A DNA stretch of 46,147 bases from a virus. Taxonomy: Duplodnaviria; Caudoviricetes. The notes below the pieces were generated by a model that made no database searches, was not told where the DNA came from, and worked only from the letters and a program-made list of their open reading frames with translations. Location: IMG/VR virus record IMGVR_UViG_3300046779_000463, positions 1-46,147 of that record. One strand, written 5' to 3'. Shown here in pieces: positions 10,257-19,043 of the stretch. Each line of letters opens with the position of its first letter. The first letter of the stretch is position 1. The translations under genes and the position numbers were made by a program.

Positions 10257-10607
10257 ATGCGGACAGCAGTTAAAGGTGAATTAAGGCCTTTACGTGATAA
10301 CGTGTTCGTTTCCGATATGGACTTCGGCGAACAACAAACTAAAGGCGGCATTGTATTGCTCAGTGACGATGCTAAGGATCACGGTATTCACCCACGTTGG
10401 GGGAAAGTATTTGCTAAGGGAAATGAAAATAGGGACGACTATGGCATTGGTCATTGGGTCCTTGTTAAACATGGCCGATGGACTAGAGGTATCAAGTACG
10501 AAACTGATACCGGAGAAGAAGTTATTATACGTATGATAGACACAGACGACGTATTATGCTGGAGCGAAACTAAACCTGATTCAACAACTGTACTAGGAAA
10601 CCTATGA
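10257..10607 (+). CDS. groES: GroES/Cpn10-like co-chaperonin
   Basis: 'LRPLRDNVFV...TKGGIVL' signature; 116 aa. Confidence 0.75.
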   Translation: MRTAVKGELRPLRDNVFVSDMDFGEQQTKGGIVLLSDDAKDHGIHPRWGKVFAKGNENRDDYGIGHWVLVKHGRWTRGIKYETDTGEEVIIRMIDTDDVLCWSETKPDSTTVLGNL

Positions 10608-10978
10608 CAAATCCGTTTCGTGATCAAGAAAAATTTATGCGAGCTTGCGACCAATCTGTCGAAGATTGGAATGACTCTCAGTTCGATTTATACATCGACT
10701 TAATCGATGAGGAACGAAAAGAACTACAAGAAGCAATTGACGCAAAAGATCCTGTTGAAATCGTTGATGCACTAACTGACATCCTAGTTGTAACCATCGG
10801 TGCTTTACATAGTATGGGAGCAGACGCCGAGGGTGCTTGGAAGGAAGTTATGAAAACTAACTTTGCCAAAATTGACAAAGAAACAGGCAAAGTACGAAAG
10901 CGTGAAGATGGCAAGGTACTAAAACCACTAGGTTGGGTTCCGCCTGACTTAAAACCATTTGTAAAGAAGAATGTATAG
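10604..10978 (+). CDS. MazG-like NTP pyrophosphohydrolase (DR2231/PRA-PH-like)
   Basis: 'LIDEERKEL...EIVDALTDILVV...EVMKTNFAK...REDGKVLKP.GW.PP'. Confidence 0.8.
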   Translation: MTNPFRDQEKFMRACDQSVEDWNDSQFDLYIDLIDEERKELQEAIDAKDPVEIVDALTDILVVTIGALHSMGADAEGAWKEVMKTNFAKIDKETGKVRKREDGKVLKPLGWVPPDLKPFVKKNV

Positions 10979-11102
10979 AGTTGTTTATGTTACATATAAT
11001 ATACGGAGATCCAAAGATTTTGAAACGATAAGTGAAGCGTTTAATTTTTGGGGACGGCTTCCTTTCGAGTCGTTTTCCGAAATGTACAAAATAGGGTCTT
11101 GA
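10971..11102 (+). CDS. Small hypothetical protein (43 aa, MYRVVYVTYN...), not in the ORF track
   Basis: Overlaps the upstream stop, fills the gap and ends inside the terminator hairpin. Confidence 0.45.
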   Translation: MYRVVYVTYNIRRSKDFETISEAFNFWGRLPFESFSEMYKIGS

Positions 11103-11118
11103 CAGACCCTATTTTTTT
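11088..11118 (+). terminator. Intrinsic terminator-like hairpin AAAATAGGGTCT-TGAC-AGACCCTATTTT with T-tract
   Basis: 12-bp perfect inverted repeat running into T7. Confidence 0.7.
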
Positions 11119-11127
11119 CTATATAAT
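11099..11127 (+). promoter_or_regulatory. Perfect sigma70 promoter TTGACA-N17-TATAAT, probably leaderless
   Basis: -35 at 11099-11104, -10 at 11122-11127; ATG at 11134, no SD. Confidence 0.8.
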
Positions 11128-11133
11128 ATTGTT

Positions 11134-11538
11134 ATGAAAATCGGATTTACTTGTAGCAGTTTTGATTTGTTTCACGCAGGGCATGTTATGATGCTCGAAG
11201 AAGCAAAGAAACAATGCGACTTCCTAATAGTTGGGTTGCAGACTGACCCAACTATCGACCGGCCCGAAAGTAAAAATAAACCCGTACAAGGTGTGTTTGA
11301 AAGGTGGGCGCAGTTAAAAGCCTGCAAATTTATAGATCAAATAGTTCCGTATTCGACTGAAAAAGAACTGAGGGATATATTGCTTTCTTTTCCTATAGAT
11401 GTTAGAATATTAGGAGAGGAATATAAAGGCAAGAACTTTACTGGACATGATATTCCAATGGAGTTTTATTTTAATCAACGCAGGCACAGTTTCTCAACAT
11501 CGGAACTGCGACAGCGTGTAATTGAGGCTAGCAAATGA
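11134..11538 (+). CDS. Cytidylyltransferase (TagD-like, HIGH superfamily)
   Basis: 'FDLFHAGH', 'LIVGL.TD', 'ER', 'R.HSFSTS.LR' motifs. Confidence 0.85.
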   Translation: MKIGFTCSSFDLFHAGHVMMLEEAKKQCDFLIVGLQTDPTIDRPESKNKPVQGVFERWAQLKACKFIDQIVPYSTEKELRDILLSFPIDVRILGEEYKGKNFTGHDIPMEFYFNQRRHSFSTSELRQRVIEASK

Positions 11539-11693
11539 AGTGTGATCATTGCGGTGAAAATATTAAAATGGATTGTAATTGGAGGCAAGGACGTTGTCCT
11601 CATATACCGCCGATGATTAATCCTCATTCGTTTAGATTTTATAATCTCTTACAAACAATCAAAGGATGGTTTAAAAATGGAAATTCAACCTAA
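11535..11693 (+). CDS. Small Cys-rich, possible zinc-binding protein (52 aa), not in the track
   Basis: MKCDHCGENIKMDCNWRQGRCPH...; ATGA overlap with the upstream gene. Confidence 0.55.
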   Translation: MKCDHCGENIKMDCNWRQGRCPHIPPMINPHSFRFYNLLQTIKGWFKNGNST

Positions 11694-11844
11694 AGACACA
11701 AGTAAGTGGCATTTTAGGATTAGTATTGTTAAGAGCGGTATGCGTTTTGCGGCCGCGTTCAGATTAATTCAAGGCGATATGATTGGAGCAGGTGTGTTCT
11801 TCATTATTGCAGAAGCATTAGGTATTGCGGAGGAAATGTTTTGA
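11677..11844 (+). CDS. Small membrane protein (55 aa), not in the track
   Basis: MEIQPKDTSKWHFRISIVKSGMRF...GAGVFFIIAEALGIAEEMF; AAGGA upstream; stop overlaps the TTG of the next gene. Confidence 0.6.
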   Translation: MEIQPKDTSKWHFRISIVKSGMRFAAAFRLIQGDMIGAGVFFIIAEALGIAEEMF

Positions 11845-12761
11845 GAGAACTATGGGTAGAAAAATATCGTCCTAAGACAGTCGAAGGTTATGTGTTCAAG
11901 GACGAGACCTTAAAAGGTCAAATTGAAAAGTGGATTAAAGACAAGGCTATTCCACATTTACTGTTCAGCGGAAACGCAGGCACAGGTAAAACAACTCTAG
12001 CAAAAGTATTGCTTAACGAAATTGGAGTTGAAGACACAGATGTCCTTATTGCCAACGGTAGTAAGGAAGGACGTAAAATTGAATGGGTAGATAAACTCAT
12101 CGGCTTCTGTCAAACTATGCCTTTTGGTGACTTTAAAGTTGTATTAATTGACGAAGCAGACTATATGAACAAAGATTCTGTACAGCCTGCACTTCGTAAC
12201 TTAATGGAGGACTACAGTCAAAGCGTACGATTCATTTTTACTTGTAACTATCCACACAGGATTATTACTCCAGTAAAAAGTCGCTGTCAAGAAGTACATA
12301 TTGAAAAAACTGACTTAACAGAGTTTACTGCTCGGGTGGCAACTATCTTAGTTGAAGAAAACGTCGAGTTTGATTTAGATACGCTAGACACGTATGTTAA
12401 AGGCACATATCCAGACTTGCGTAAGTGTATTAACAATGTTCAAATGAACAGTTTAACAGGAAAACTTGTTATTCCTGAAGAAGTCGATGGTAGTGCAGAC
12501 TACAGAGTGGAAATGGTTGACTTGTTTAAAAAGGGCAAGATTAGCGAAGCCCGTAAACTGTTGTGTAGTCAAGCTCGTCCAGAAGAAATGGAAGAAATCT
12601 ATCGGTGGATGTATGATAACATTTCTATGTTTGGCAAGGACGAAGCAACTCAAGACAATGCTGTACTAGTTATTAAACAGGCATTAGTGGACCATGTCGC
12701 TGTTGCTGATCCAGAAATTAACCTTGCGGCTACATTGATTAGATTATCTCGCTTACAATGA
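11841..12761 (+). CDS. Clamp loader ATPase subunit (T4 gp44/RFC small-subunit-like)
   Basis: 'LWVEKYRP', Walker A GNAGTGKT, Walker B 'LIDEAD', 'SRC' motif; TTG start after GGAGG. Confidence 0.92.
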   Translation: MRELWVEKYRPKTVEGYVFKDETLKGQIEKWIKDKAIPHLLFSGNAGTGKTTLAKVLLNEIGVEDTDVLIANGSKEGRKIEWVDKLIGFCQTMPFGDFKVVLIDEADYMNKDSVQPALRNLMEDYSQSVRFIFTCNYPHRIITPVKSRCQEVHIEKTDLTEFTARVATILVEENVEFDLDTLDTYVKGTYPDLRKCINNVQMNSLTGKLVIPEEVDGSADYRVEMVDLFKKGKISEARKLLCSQARPEEMEEIYRWMYDNISMFGKDEATQDNAVLVIKQALVDHVAVADPEINLAATLIRLSRLQ

Positions 12762-13219
12762 AAACAAGGTTAAAAGAAGCGTACATGAAAACCGCAGAAA
12801 CATTTGCGGAACTTTCACACGCTCGCAGACTACATGTTGGCGCTATCATTGTAAAGGATGATAGGATTATTTCAATCGGTTATAACGGCATGCCAGCAGG
12901 CTGGGATAACAACTGCGAGGAAAAAGTTTATAAAATCGACGGTTGGTTAGTCGACGAAGAAGGATGTTATGAACTTAAAACCAAACCGGAGGTGTTACAT
13001 GCAGAAACAAACGCAATCGCTAAGTTGGCTAGAAGTACTGAATCTGGTCTTAATGCTAGTATCTTTGTTACTCATAGTCCTTGCATTGACTGTGCCAAAC
13101 TTATATATCAAAGCGGCATTAATAGTGTCTATTATCGCAATGCTTATCGTTCAGAAGATGGAATATCGTTCCTCCGACAATCGGGAGTAAAAGTAGAGCA
13201 ACTCGAAAAGGACGCCTAA
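12758..13219 (+). CDS. dCMP deaminase (ComEB-like)
   Basis: 'GYNG', 'HAE.NAI', 'PCxxC'. Confidence 0.9.
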   Translation: MKTRLKEAYMKTAETFAELSHARRLHVGAIIVKDDRIISIGYNGMPAGWDNNCEEKVYKIDGWLVDEEGCYELKTKPEVLHAETNAIAKLARSTESGLNASIFVTHSPCIDCAKLIYQSGINSVYYRNAYRSEDGISFLRQSGVKVEQLEKDA

Positions 13220-13231
13220 GCGTCCTTTTTT
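13206..13231. terminator. Bidirectional intrinsic terminator between convergent genes
   Basis: AAAAGGACGC-CTAA-GCGTCCTTTTTT. Confidence 0.8.
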
Positions 13232-13242
13232 ATTGATTAAAA

Positions 13243-13977
13243 TTAGTCACCGTAAACTGATAGGACCTCCTTCACTGCATCATGGCGCTCGATATCTTTC
13301 ATACCAAACTGCACAAGATCTAAATGTTGTAGATTTTTGTCTTGTAGTCTTTGGCAGAAGTCGATCAAACCGTTGTCCTCCAATCTATCGGCTTGTCTTA
13401 AGTCTCCTGTTACGACCATCTTAGAGCCTTCACCTAGTCTAGTTAGCAACATCTTCATTTGATTTGGCGTAGCATTTTGCATTTCATCTGCAATAATATA
13501 CGCATTCTTGAAGGTGCGACCTCTCATATATGCTAACGGACTGATTTCAATCACGCCCTCACGAATCATATTCTCGATATCCCTGGCGTAATAGTACTCG
13601 GCTAGAACGTCAAATATAGGTCTAGTCCATGGAGCCATTTTTTGCTCTAAGGTACCTGGGAGAAATCCGTGCTCTTCGTCTACAGAAACTGCTGGTCGAG
13701 TAACCACGATTTTATCTACCAACTTTTCCTTGAAAAGTTTTATGCCTACCTGACACGCTAATAATGTCTTGCCCGTGCCAGCGGGACCCAGGGCGAAAAC
13801 TATGTTTTTCGCTGGATCTAATAATTTTAATAGATATTCTTCTTGATGTCGATTGCGTGGAACAACGTTTACTCGCTGTTTCTTCTGCGGAAGGTTTTGT
13901 GGGACTGTGTGTTGAAAGTGCTGAAACTCAATAACATTTTCGTTATGAAAACGCTTTTTGGCTCTTTTTGTCGTCAT
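13243..13977 (-). CDS. phoH: PhoH-like ATPase
   Basis: 'GPAGTGKT', 'GFLPG', 'YMRGRTF', 'DEMQN', 'GD..Q.D'. Start taken at ATG 13977 after AAGGAGAG. Confidence 0.92.
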   Translation of the reverse strand: MTTKRAKKRFHNENVIEFQHFQHTVPQNLPQKKQRVNVVPRNRHQEEYLLKLLDPAKNIVFALGPAGTGKTLLACQVGIKLFKEKLVDKIVVTRPAVSVDEEHGFLPGTLEQKMAPWTRPIFDVLAEYYYARDIENMIREGVIEISPLAYMRGRTFKNAYIIADEMQNATPNQMKMLLTRLGEGSKMVVTGDLRQADRLEDNGLIDFCQRLQDKNLQHLDLVQFGMKDIERHDAVKEVLSVYGD

Positions 13978-14103
13978 TAACTGCTCTCCTTTTGAGGCGT
14001 AGGACGTCATTGTCACTCACTTTCTGTAGGACAACGAGAGGTCCTACCAAAATATTTAACATTGTGACAAAAAATAGAACTGATACTATATCAAAATGCT
14101 CAA

Positions 14104-14111
14104 GATAAATA
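14104..14111 (+). promoter_or_regulatory. Putative late promoter GATAAATA
   Basis: Exact motif upstream of ATG 14135 at the start of a + strand block. Confidence 0.55.
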
Positions 14112-14134
14112 CTTCATCAAAGGGTGATTTAAAA

Positions 14135-14701
14135 ATGCGCGATATTTTAGACGTTATAGAAAACATTAACACTATCTACAATAACAACAGTAGCCTGGCT
14201 ATCCTCAAAGATTTTGAGCGTGTATTCGACGAGCTAGATATGTATGTGTTTGAAAACTGGAGAGACGGTGAACTCATCGAGGGGCCAGTTGTTGACAGAC
14301 ACTGGGTAACTGCTAGTTTCATGTGGCCAAAGATGCAGATGCCTAACCCACAGGCCGCAAAGCGTCTTATTGAATATGGTTGTGGTGTAAAGTACAAGCG
14401 CGATGTAATTGTTAAACCTAGACAAATTAAAGAACCCGACGACATTAGACCAGGGACAAAATTAGGCAAACTTGACGAACAAGAAATTTGGGTTGTCGAA
14501 GTTAGTATGCCAAAGAAACTAATGTTAGAAATTTTCCGCGGTTATCACAATCAAGTAATGAGTGAGTTAGACCCAGCAAACGATCAACGAGCTCCTGAAC
14601 TAGCAACACCTCCAGCAGGTGAAGCAACAGCAGGAGCACCACCGGCGGCCGCTGCCGCTCCGGTACCAGGAGGAGAAGCAAGTGCCGCACCAGCCGCTTA
14701 A
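14135..14701 (+). CDS. Hypothetical phage protein with Ala/Pro-rich tail
   Basis: ATG at 14135 after GGGTGA. Confidence 0.65.
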   Translation: MRDILDVIENINTIYNNNSSLAILKDFERVFDELDMYVFENWRDGELIEGPVVDRHWVTASFMWPKMQMPNPQAAKRLIEYGCGVKYKRDVIVKPRQIKEPDDIRPGTKLGKLDEQEIWVVEVSMPKKLMLEIFRGYHNQVMSELDPANDQRAPELATPPAGEATAGAPPAAAAAPVPGGEASAAPAA

Positions 14702-15425
14702 TGAAGATAGTTTAAAAGCCAACGACTTGATTAACTTAGTTAATCGAGTGTTTGAAGTTGACAACTACAAATCAAAGATGGGCGACGACGCCGATGTCGT
14801 TGTCTTAAGTTTTACTGTCGAGAGTCGTGCTCCAGCAGAAGACTTAGTAAGTTTTATAGAAAAGGGATATAGTTTTGTATTAGATGCAGACATGAGTCCC
14901 GGTGAACTAGAAGACGGAAAATATAGAGTTTTTGTAGAACTTCAGCGTGGTCACAAAGTTGCAGAAGAAATTACAGAAATGCTTTATGGTTTACAAAAAC
15001 TTACAGGCATTGAAGATTTTAAATTTAGATATCACAAGAGTTTTGATAGTTTAGATGCTAACGAAGAAAAACTAAACGAAATGATTCCTCACAATGCTAT
15101 GTTGTACAAAGAACGTATGCAAGCCGAGGAACTAAATAGTTACGAACAGTTCTTCAACAACAGTATGTTAGAAAGTGTTCGTATGGCGGGCGACGTTATC
15201 GAGTTCAAAAAGATATGGGCAGAGCCAATTAAATTCAAGTATGTGCTTTCCGGTAAGAAACAGGATGTGTTAGAAAGTATCGAAGATAAGATTTCTATGT
15301 CTTATAAAGATATGGCTGAGATTATGTTTTTAACCAAATATATTGGAAATTACAACATTACCAAACTAGGTGATAAGTTTATGCTCGAAAGTCGCGGTCA
15401 TGCTATTATTTTGGAGAAACTATAA
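14682..15425 (+). CDS. Hypothetical phage protein
   Basis: GTG at 14682 preceded by GGAGGAG; stop overlaps the endolysin ATG. Confidence 0.65.
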   Translation: MPHQPLNEDSLKANDLINLVNRVFEVDNYKSKMGDDADVVVLSFTVESRAPAEDLVSFIEKGYSFVLDADMSPGELEDGKYRVFVELQRGHKVAEEITEMLYGLQKLTGIEDFKFRYHKSFDSLDANEEKLNEMIPHNAMLYKERMQAEELNSYEQFFNNSMLESVRMAGDVIEFKKIWAEPIKFKYVLSGKKQDVLESIEDKISMSYKDMAEIMFLTKYIGNYNITKLGDKFMLESRGHAIILEKL

Positions 15426-16060
15426 TGAGTTTTACATTTGATTTTAGAAAGGACCAGTTAGCACAGATTATTCCAGGTAACCCATACTTGGATCATTGGT
15501 TCGATGCATTAAACGAAATTTTACCAGAGTACGAAATTAATACTCCACAGCGTGTGGCGGCTTTCCTGGCACAATGCGCTCACGAGTCTGGCGGATTCCG
15601 TGCTTTGAAAGAAAACTTAAATTACAAAGCACCTACACTACGTAAGATTTTTGCCAAGTACTTCCCAGACGATGCTATTGCTAATCACTATGCTAGTTTA
15701 CCTAACAAGCAAGAAGCAATCGCTAACAGAGTCTATGCTAACCGTATGGGCAACGGACCAGAAGAGTCTGGAGATGGCTTCCGTTACTGCGGACGTGGAC
15801 TTATCCAATTAACTGGTAAGGATAACTACACATGGTTTGCCGCAAGTTTAGAAATCCCTGTAGAAGAAGCCGCAGAATATCTACAAACATTCGAAGGCGC
15901 TGTACAAAGTGCTTGCTGGTTCTGGGAAACAAATAACTTGAATGTTCAAGCAGACGCAGGCGATATCAAGTTAATGACTAGAAAGATTAACGGCGGTTAT
16001 ATTGGTTTAGAAGACCGCATTAAGCATTACAACCACGCACTACACGTTTTTGGAGCCTAA
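15425..16060 (+). CDS. Endolysin, glycoside hydrolase family 19
   Basis: 'AAFLAQCAHESGGF', 'ENLNY', 'GRGLIQLTGKDNY', 'INGG..GL.DR'. Confidence 0.9.
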   Translation: MSFTFDFRKDQLAQIIPGNPYLDHWFDALNEILPEYEINTPQRVAAFLAQCAHESGGFRALKENLNYKAPTLRKIFAKYFPDDAIANHYASLPNKQEAIANRVYANRMGNGPEESGDGFRYCGRGLIQLTGKDNYTWFAASLEIPVEEAAEYLQTFEGAVQSACWFWETNNLNVQADAGDIKLMTRKINGGYIGLEDRIKHYNHALHVFGA

Positions 16061-16064
16061 CTAA

Positions 16065-16532
16065 ATGTGGCAACTTCATTGGATTATTAGTTTAATCCCA
16101 GATGCTGTTTTAAACTTCATCTACTGGGCAATCATTGTTGCTGGTATTACTGGGGTTGCCGCAAGTTGGATTGCTCGATGGATTCCATTTTACGGACAAT
16201 ATGCTCGCATTTTAAAACCACTAGGTGTTGTACTAATCATTTTAGGTGTTTACCTAAAAGGCGGGTATGATACTGAAATGGCTTGGCGGGATAAACTACA
16301 TGCTGCCGAAGAAAAGGCACGTTTAGCAGAAGAGCAAGCAAAGAAAGTTAACACAGAAATTGTTACTGTTTACAAAGATCGTGTTAAAGTAGTTAAAGAA
16401 AATGTAATTGTGTACCAAGACAGAATAAAAGAAGTTGAAAAAATCATCGACAAGGAATGTAAAGTTGCTCCTGAAGTAATTACAATCCATAACGATGCGG
16501 CTAAGAATAGAAAAGCAGGAGAAACAAAATGA
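16065..16532 (+). CDS. Putative inner-membrane spanin (Rz-like)
   Basis: N-terminal TM segments, then coiled coil and a single Cys; directly follows the endolysin. Confidence 0.65.
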   Translation: MWQLHWIISLIPDAVLNFIYWAIIVAGITGVAASWIARWIPFYGQYARILKPLGVVLIILGVYLKGGYDTEMAWRDKLHAAEEKARLAEEQAKKVNTEIVTVYKDRVKVVKENVIVYQDRIKEVEKIIDKECKVAPEVITIHNDAAKNRKAGETK

Positions 16533-16786
16533 GAATTTTATTACTCCTTCCTACACTATTGCTTACCGGCTGTTTAAGTACTGCTCCTAAGTTCCCTGAT
16601 ATTCCAGAGGATATTAAAAAAGCATGTCCCGAACTTAAAGAAGCAGAGCAATCACAACAAATGAGCAAACTACTAGATACAGTAGTTCAAAACTATGGCA
16701 CATACTACGAATGCCGTGTAAAAGTCGATGCATTTATCGAGTGGCACACAAGGCAGAAAGAGATTTTTGACAAAGCAGTTAAATAA
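16529..16786 (+). CDS. Putative outer-membrane spanin lipoprotein (Rz1-like)
   Basis: Signal peptide with lipobox LTGC; Pro-rich start; two further Cys. Confidence 0.7.
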   Translation: MRILLLLPTLLLTGCLSTAPKFPDIPEDIKKACPELKEAEQSQQMSKLLDTVVQNYGTYYECRVKVDAFIEWHTRQKEIFDKAVK

Positions 16787-16810
16787 ACATAGCAGATAAA
16801 GGAGCGATTA

Positions 16811-17374
16811 ATGGCATTACATGATTCCATTTTAAAACTGATCAATAAAGAACCTAAAGACGAAAGCGCACCAAAGCCAGCGCCAGGTTCTCGTAGCGAA
16901 CGTGAAGCAAAGATTAAAGATAAAGCAGGCATGGTTATTTCTGTATTTGCGTTATTCTTAGCAGTAAATTCTTGGTACGGTGGCAAGTTGTCTAGTACAG
17001 TATTAAACAATACGCTAGGTGCTAACAATGCGTGGGCGCAGTATCAAGCAAAGAACAATCGTTTAGTAAGTTATGAAATTGCTAGTAAGACAACTAGTGA
17101 TCCTGCTTTAAAGAAAGAATTTAAAGCAGAAGCAGAACGTATGGATGCTGACAAAAAAGAAATTGCTGTCAATGCACGTAAGATGGAAGCAGAAAGAGAA
17201 ACTGCTAAGAAGTCTAGTCCGTGGATTGGTTATGCATCAACAGCATATCAACTTGCTATTGTTGTGTTATCAGCAAGTATTCTAGCAGTTAGTATGCCTA
17301 TGTTTTGGGCAAGTTTTGCAGTAGCAGGCGTTGGGTTGTTTTTAAGTGCCCAGGGCGTGTTATTGTTTTTATAA
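16811..17374 (+). CDS. Membrane protein, DUF4337-like
   Basis: TM, 'WAQYQAK' motif, coiled coil, 'YQLAIVVLSAS', two C-terminal TMs. Confidence 0.6.
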   Translation: MALHDSILKLINKEPKDESAPKPAPGSRSEREAKIKDKAGMVISVFALFLAVNSWYGGKLSSTVLNNTLGANNAWAQYQAKNNRLVSYEIASKTTSDPALKKEFKAEAERMDADKKEIAVNARKMEAERETAKKSSPWIGYASTAYQLAIVVLSASILAVSMPMFWASFAVAGVGLFLSAQGVLLFL

Positions 17375-17395
17375 TTTTTAAGTCAGGAGCGAAAC

Positions 17396-17932
17396 ATGAC
17401 AGAGTATAAAGATATGAGTGATTCAGAAAAGAAAAAAGAAGATTGGATGAATAATAAATGGCGTCCAATGATGGGTTGGTTATACATGGCAGTTTGTGCA
17501 TTTGACTTTGTAATCTTCCCTATCTTGTGGAGTTTATTACATGCAATTATGCATTCAACTAACATGACACAATGGCAACCATTAACACTACAAGGTGCTG
17601 GTTTATTCCACATCGCAATGGGTGCTGTATTAGGTATTGCCGCATTGGGTCGTACACAAGAAAAATTAGCAGGAGCAAATAATGGCGGAGCATCACCAGC
17701 ACCAACAGGCTTTGGCGTACCTAGCCCAACACCAAGCAGTTTCCAGGCACCAACTGCGCCAAGTTTCGGAGCACCAAGTGCCCCAAGTAGTTTTGGCGGA
17801 GGTGGCTTTGGAAGCGTACCTAGTAAACCAGCAACACCAGCACCAAGTTTTAGTGCTCCAGCAACAGCGTCAGTAGGTTTTTCGTCCTCAGGTAAGCCAA
17901 TGCCGGTTCAACCTGATCAACCAGAACTCTAA
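17396..17932 (+). CDS. Putative holin (GTA 3TM-holin-like) with long Pro/Ser/Gly-rich tail
   Basis: 'WRPMMGW', 'LG...GRT.EK' motifs; located in the lysis cassette. Confidence 0.65.
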   Translation: MTEYKDMSDSEKKKEDWMNNKWRPMMGWLYMAVCAFDFVIFPILWSLLHAIMHSTNMTQWQPLTLQGAGLFHIAMGAVLGIAALGRTQEKLAGANNGGASPAPTGFGVPSPTPSSFQAPTAPSFGAPSAPSSFGGGGFGSVPSKPATPAPSFSAPATASVGFSSSGKPMPVQPDQPEL

Positions 17933-17943
17933 AGGAGAGTAAT

Positions 17944-18156
17944 ATGAAAAAATTAGTAGCATTATTAATTGCATCAGCATTTGTAATGCCAGTATTAGCA
18001 GAAGAAGCCAAACCAGAAACAAAAAAGGTTTGTGTAACTCAAAAAGATGCTAAGACTGGTAAAGACAAAGAAGTTTGTAAGAACGTCAAAATCCACAAGA
18101 AGCATGACGGAACCAAACCAGAAGATGTTAAAAAAGCAGATCCTAAAAAGAAATAA
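17944..18156 (+). CDS. Small secreted Lys-rich protein
   Basis: Sec signal peptide (MKKLVALLIASAFVMPVLA), two Cys; AGGAG RBS. Confidence 0.65.
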   Translation: MKKLVALLIASAFVMPVLAEEAKPETKKVCVTQKDAKTGKDKEVCKNVKIHKKHDGTKPEDVKKADPKKK

Positions 18157-18159
18157 ATC

Positions 18160-18207
18160 TTGACATCGACAAAGAAGGTATAGTATAATTACTACTATAC
18201 CTTTTTT
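18160..18207 (+). promoter_or_regulatory. Sigma70 promoter (TTGACA-N18-TATAAT) overlapped by an 11-bp inverted repeat/terminator
   Basis: -35 at 18160-65, -10 at 18184-89; AAGGTATAGTA-N7-TACTATACCTT followed by a T-tract. Confidence 0.6.
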
Positions 18208-18212
18208 CATTT

Positions 18213-19043
18213 ATGACTATGGACTATTATTCAGTACTAGGCGTTTCAAAAACAGCAAGCCAAGACGAAATTAAAAAAGCCTACAGAAAGTTGGCGGCAA
18301 AGCACCATCCTGACAAAGGAGGTAATACTGCCGAATTCCAAAAAGTAGAAGAGGCTTACAGAACATTGGGTGACGAAAAGAAACGCTCGGAATACGATAA
18401 CCCAATGCCTCAGTACAGTTTCCATACAGGAAACATGCACGACATGAATGATATTTTTGGTGCGATGTTTGGCGGAAGTCCGTTTGGTGGCGGATTTAAT
18501 GCTCGCAGTCGCAAAAATAGAAATATCAACATTCGTGTTGAAATGACTTTAGAAGAAATTTTAGTTGGTAAGGAAGTAACTGGAACTGTTAGACTTCCTA
18601 GCGGAAAAGATCAAGCCATCCAGTTATCTATACCACAAGGTGTACAAACTGGAGACAATATTAAATTTAGGGGACTGGGAGACAACAGTATTCCTGATAT
18701 GCCTCGCGGTGATATAATTGCACAAATTGTAGAACTACCGCATCCAAGATTTAGACGAGAAGGTAGAAATCTTATAACCGATTGTACAATATCAGCATTC
18801 GAAGCAATGCTAGGAAAGACTATTCGATTCTTCACACTAGAAGGTAAAGAATTAGAAATAAAGATTCCTGCAGGAATTCAACCTGGACAATTAATTAAAT
18901 GCGATAGTTACGGCTTACCAGCAGGGCCACACAATCCTCACAGAGGAACATTGTTTATACAAGTGTTAGTAAGTATTCCTAAATCTATTTCATCCGAGGA
19001 CATTAAACAAATTGAGCAACTATCAAGTCGTTACCAATCCTAA
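18213..19043 (+). CDS. dnaJ: DnaJ-class co-chaperone (CbpA-like, no zinc finger)
   Basis: J-domain with HPD, G/F-rich linker, C-terminal substrate-binding domain. Confidence 0.9.
   Translation: MTMDYYSVLGVSKTASQDEIKKAYRKLAAKHHPDKGGNTAEFQKVEEAYRTLGDEKKRSEYDNPMPQYSFHTGNMHDMNDIFGAMFGGSPFGGGFNARSRKNRNINIRVEMTLEEILVGKEVTGTVRLPSGKDQAIQLSIPQGVQTGDNIKFRGLGDNSIPDMPRGDIIAQIVELPHPRFRREGRNLITDCTISAFEAMLGKTIRFFTLEGKELEIKIPAGIQPGQLIKCDSYGLPAGPHNPHRGTLFIQVLVSIPKSISSEDIKQIEQLSSRYQS

Noticed and set aside
18175-18203. CIRCE/HrcA operator before dnaJ
   Set aside because: The inverted repeat does not match TTAGCACTC-N9-GAGTGCTAA.
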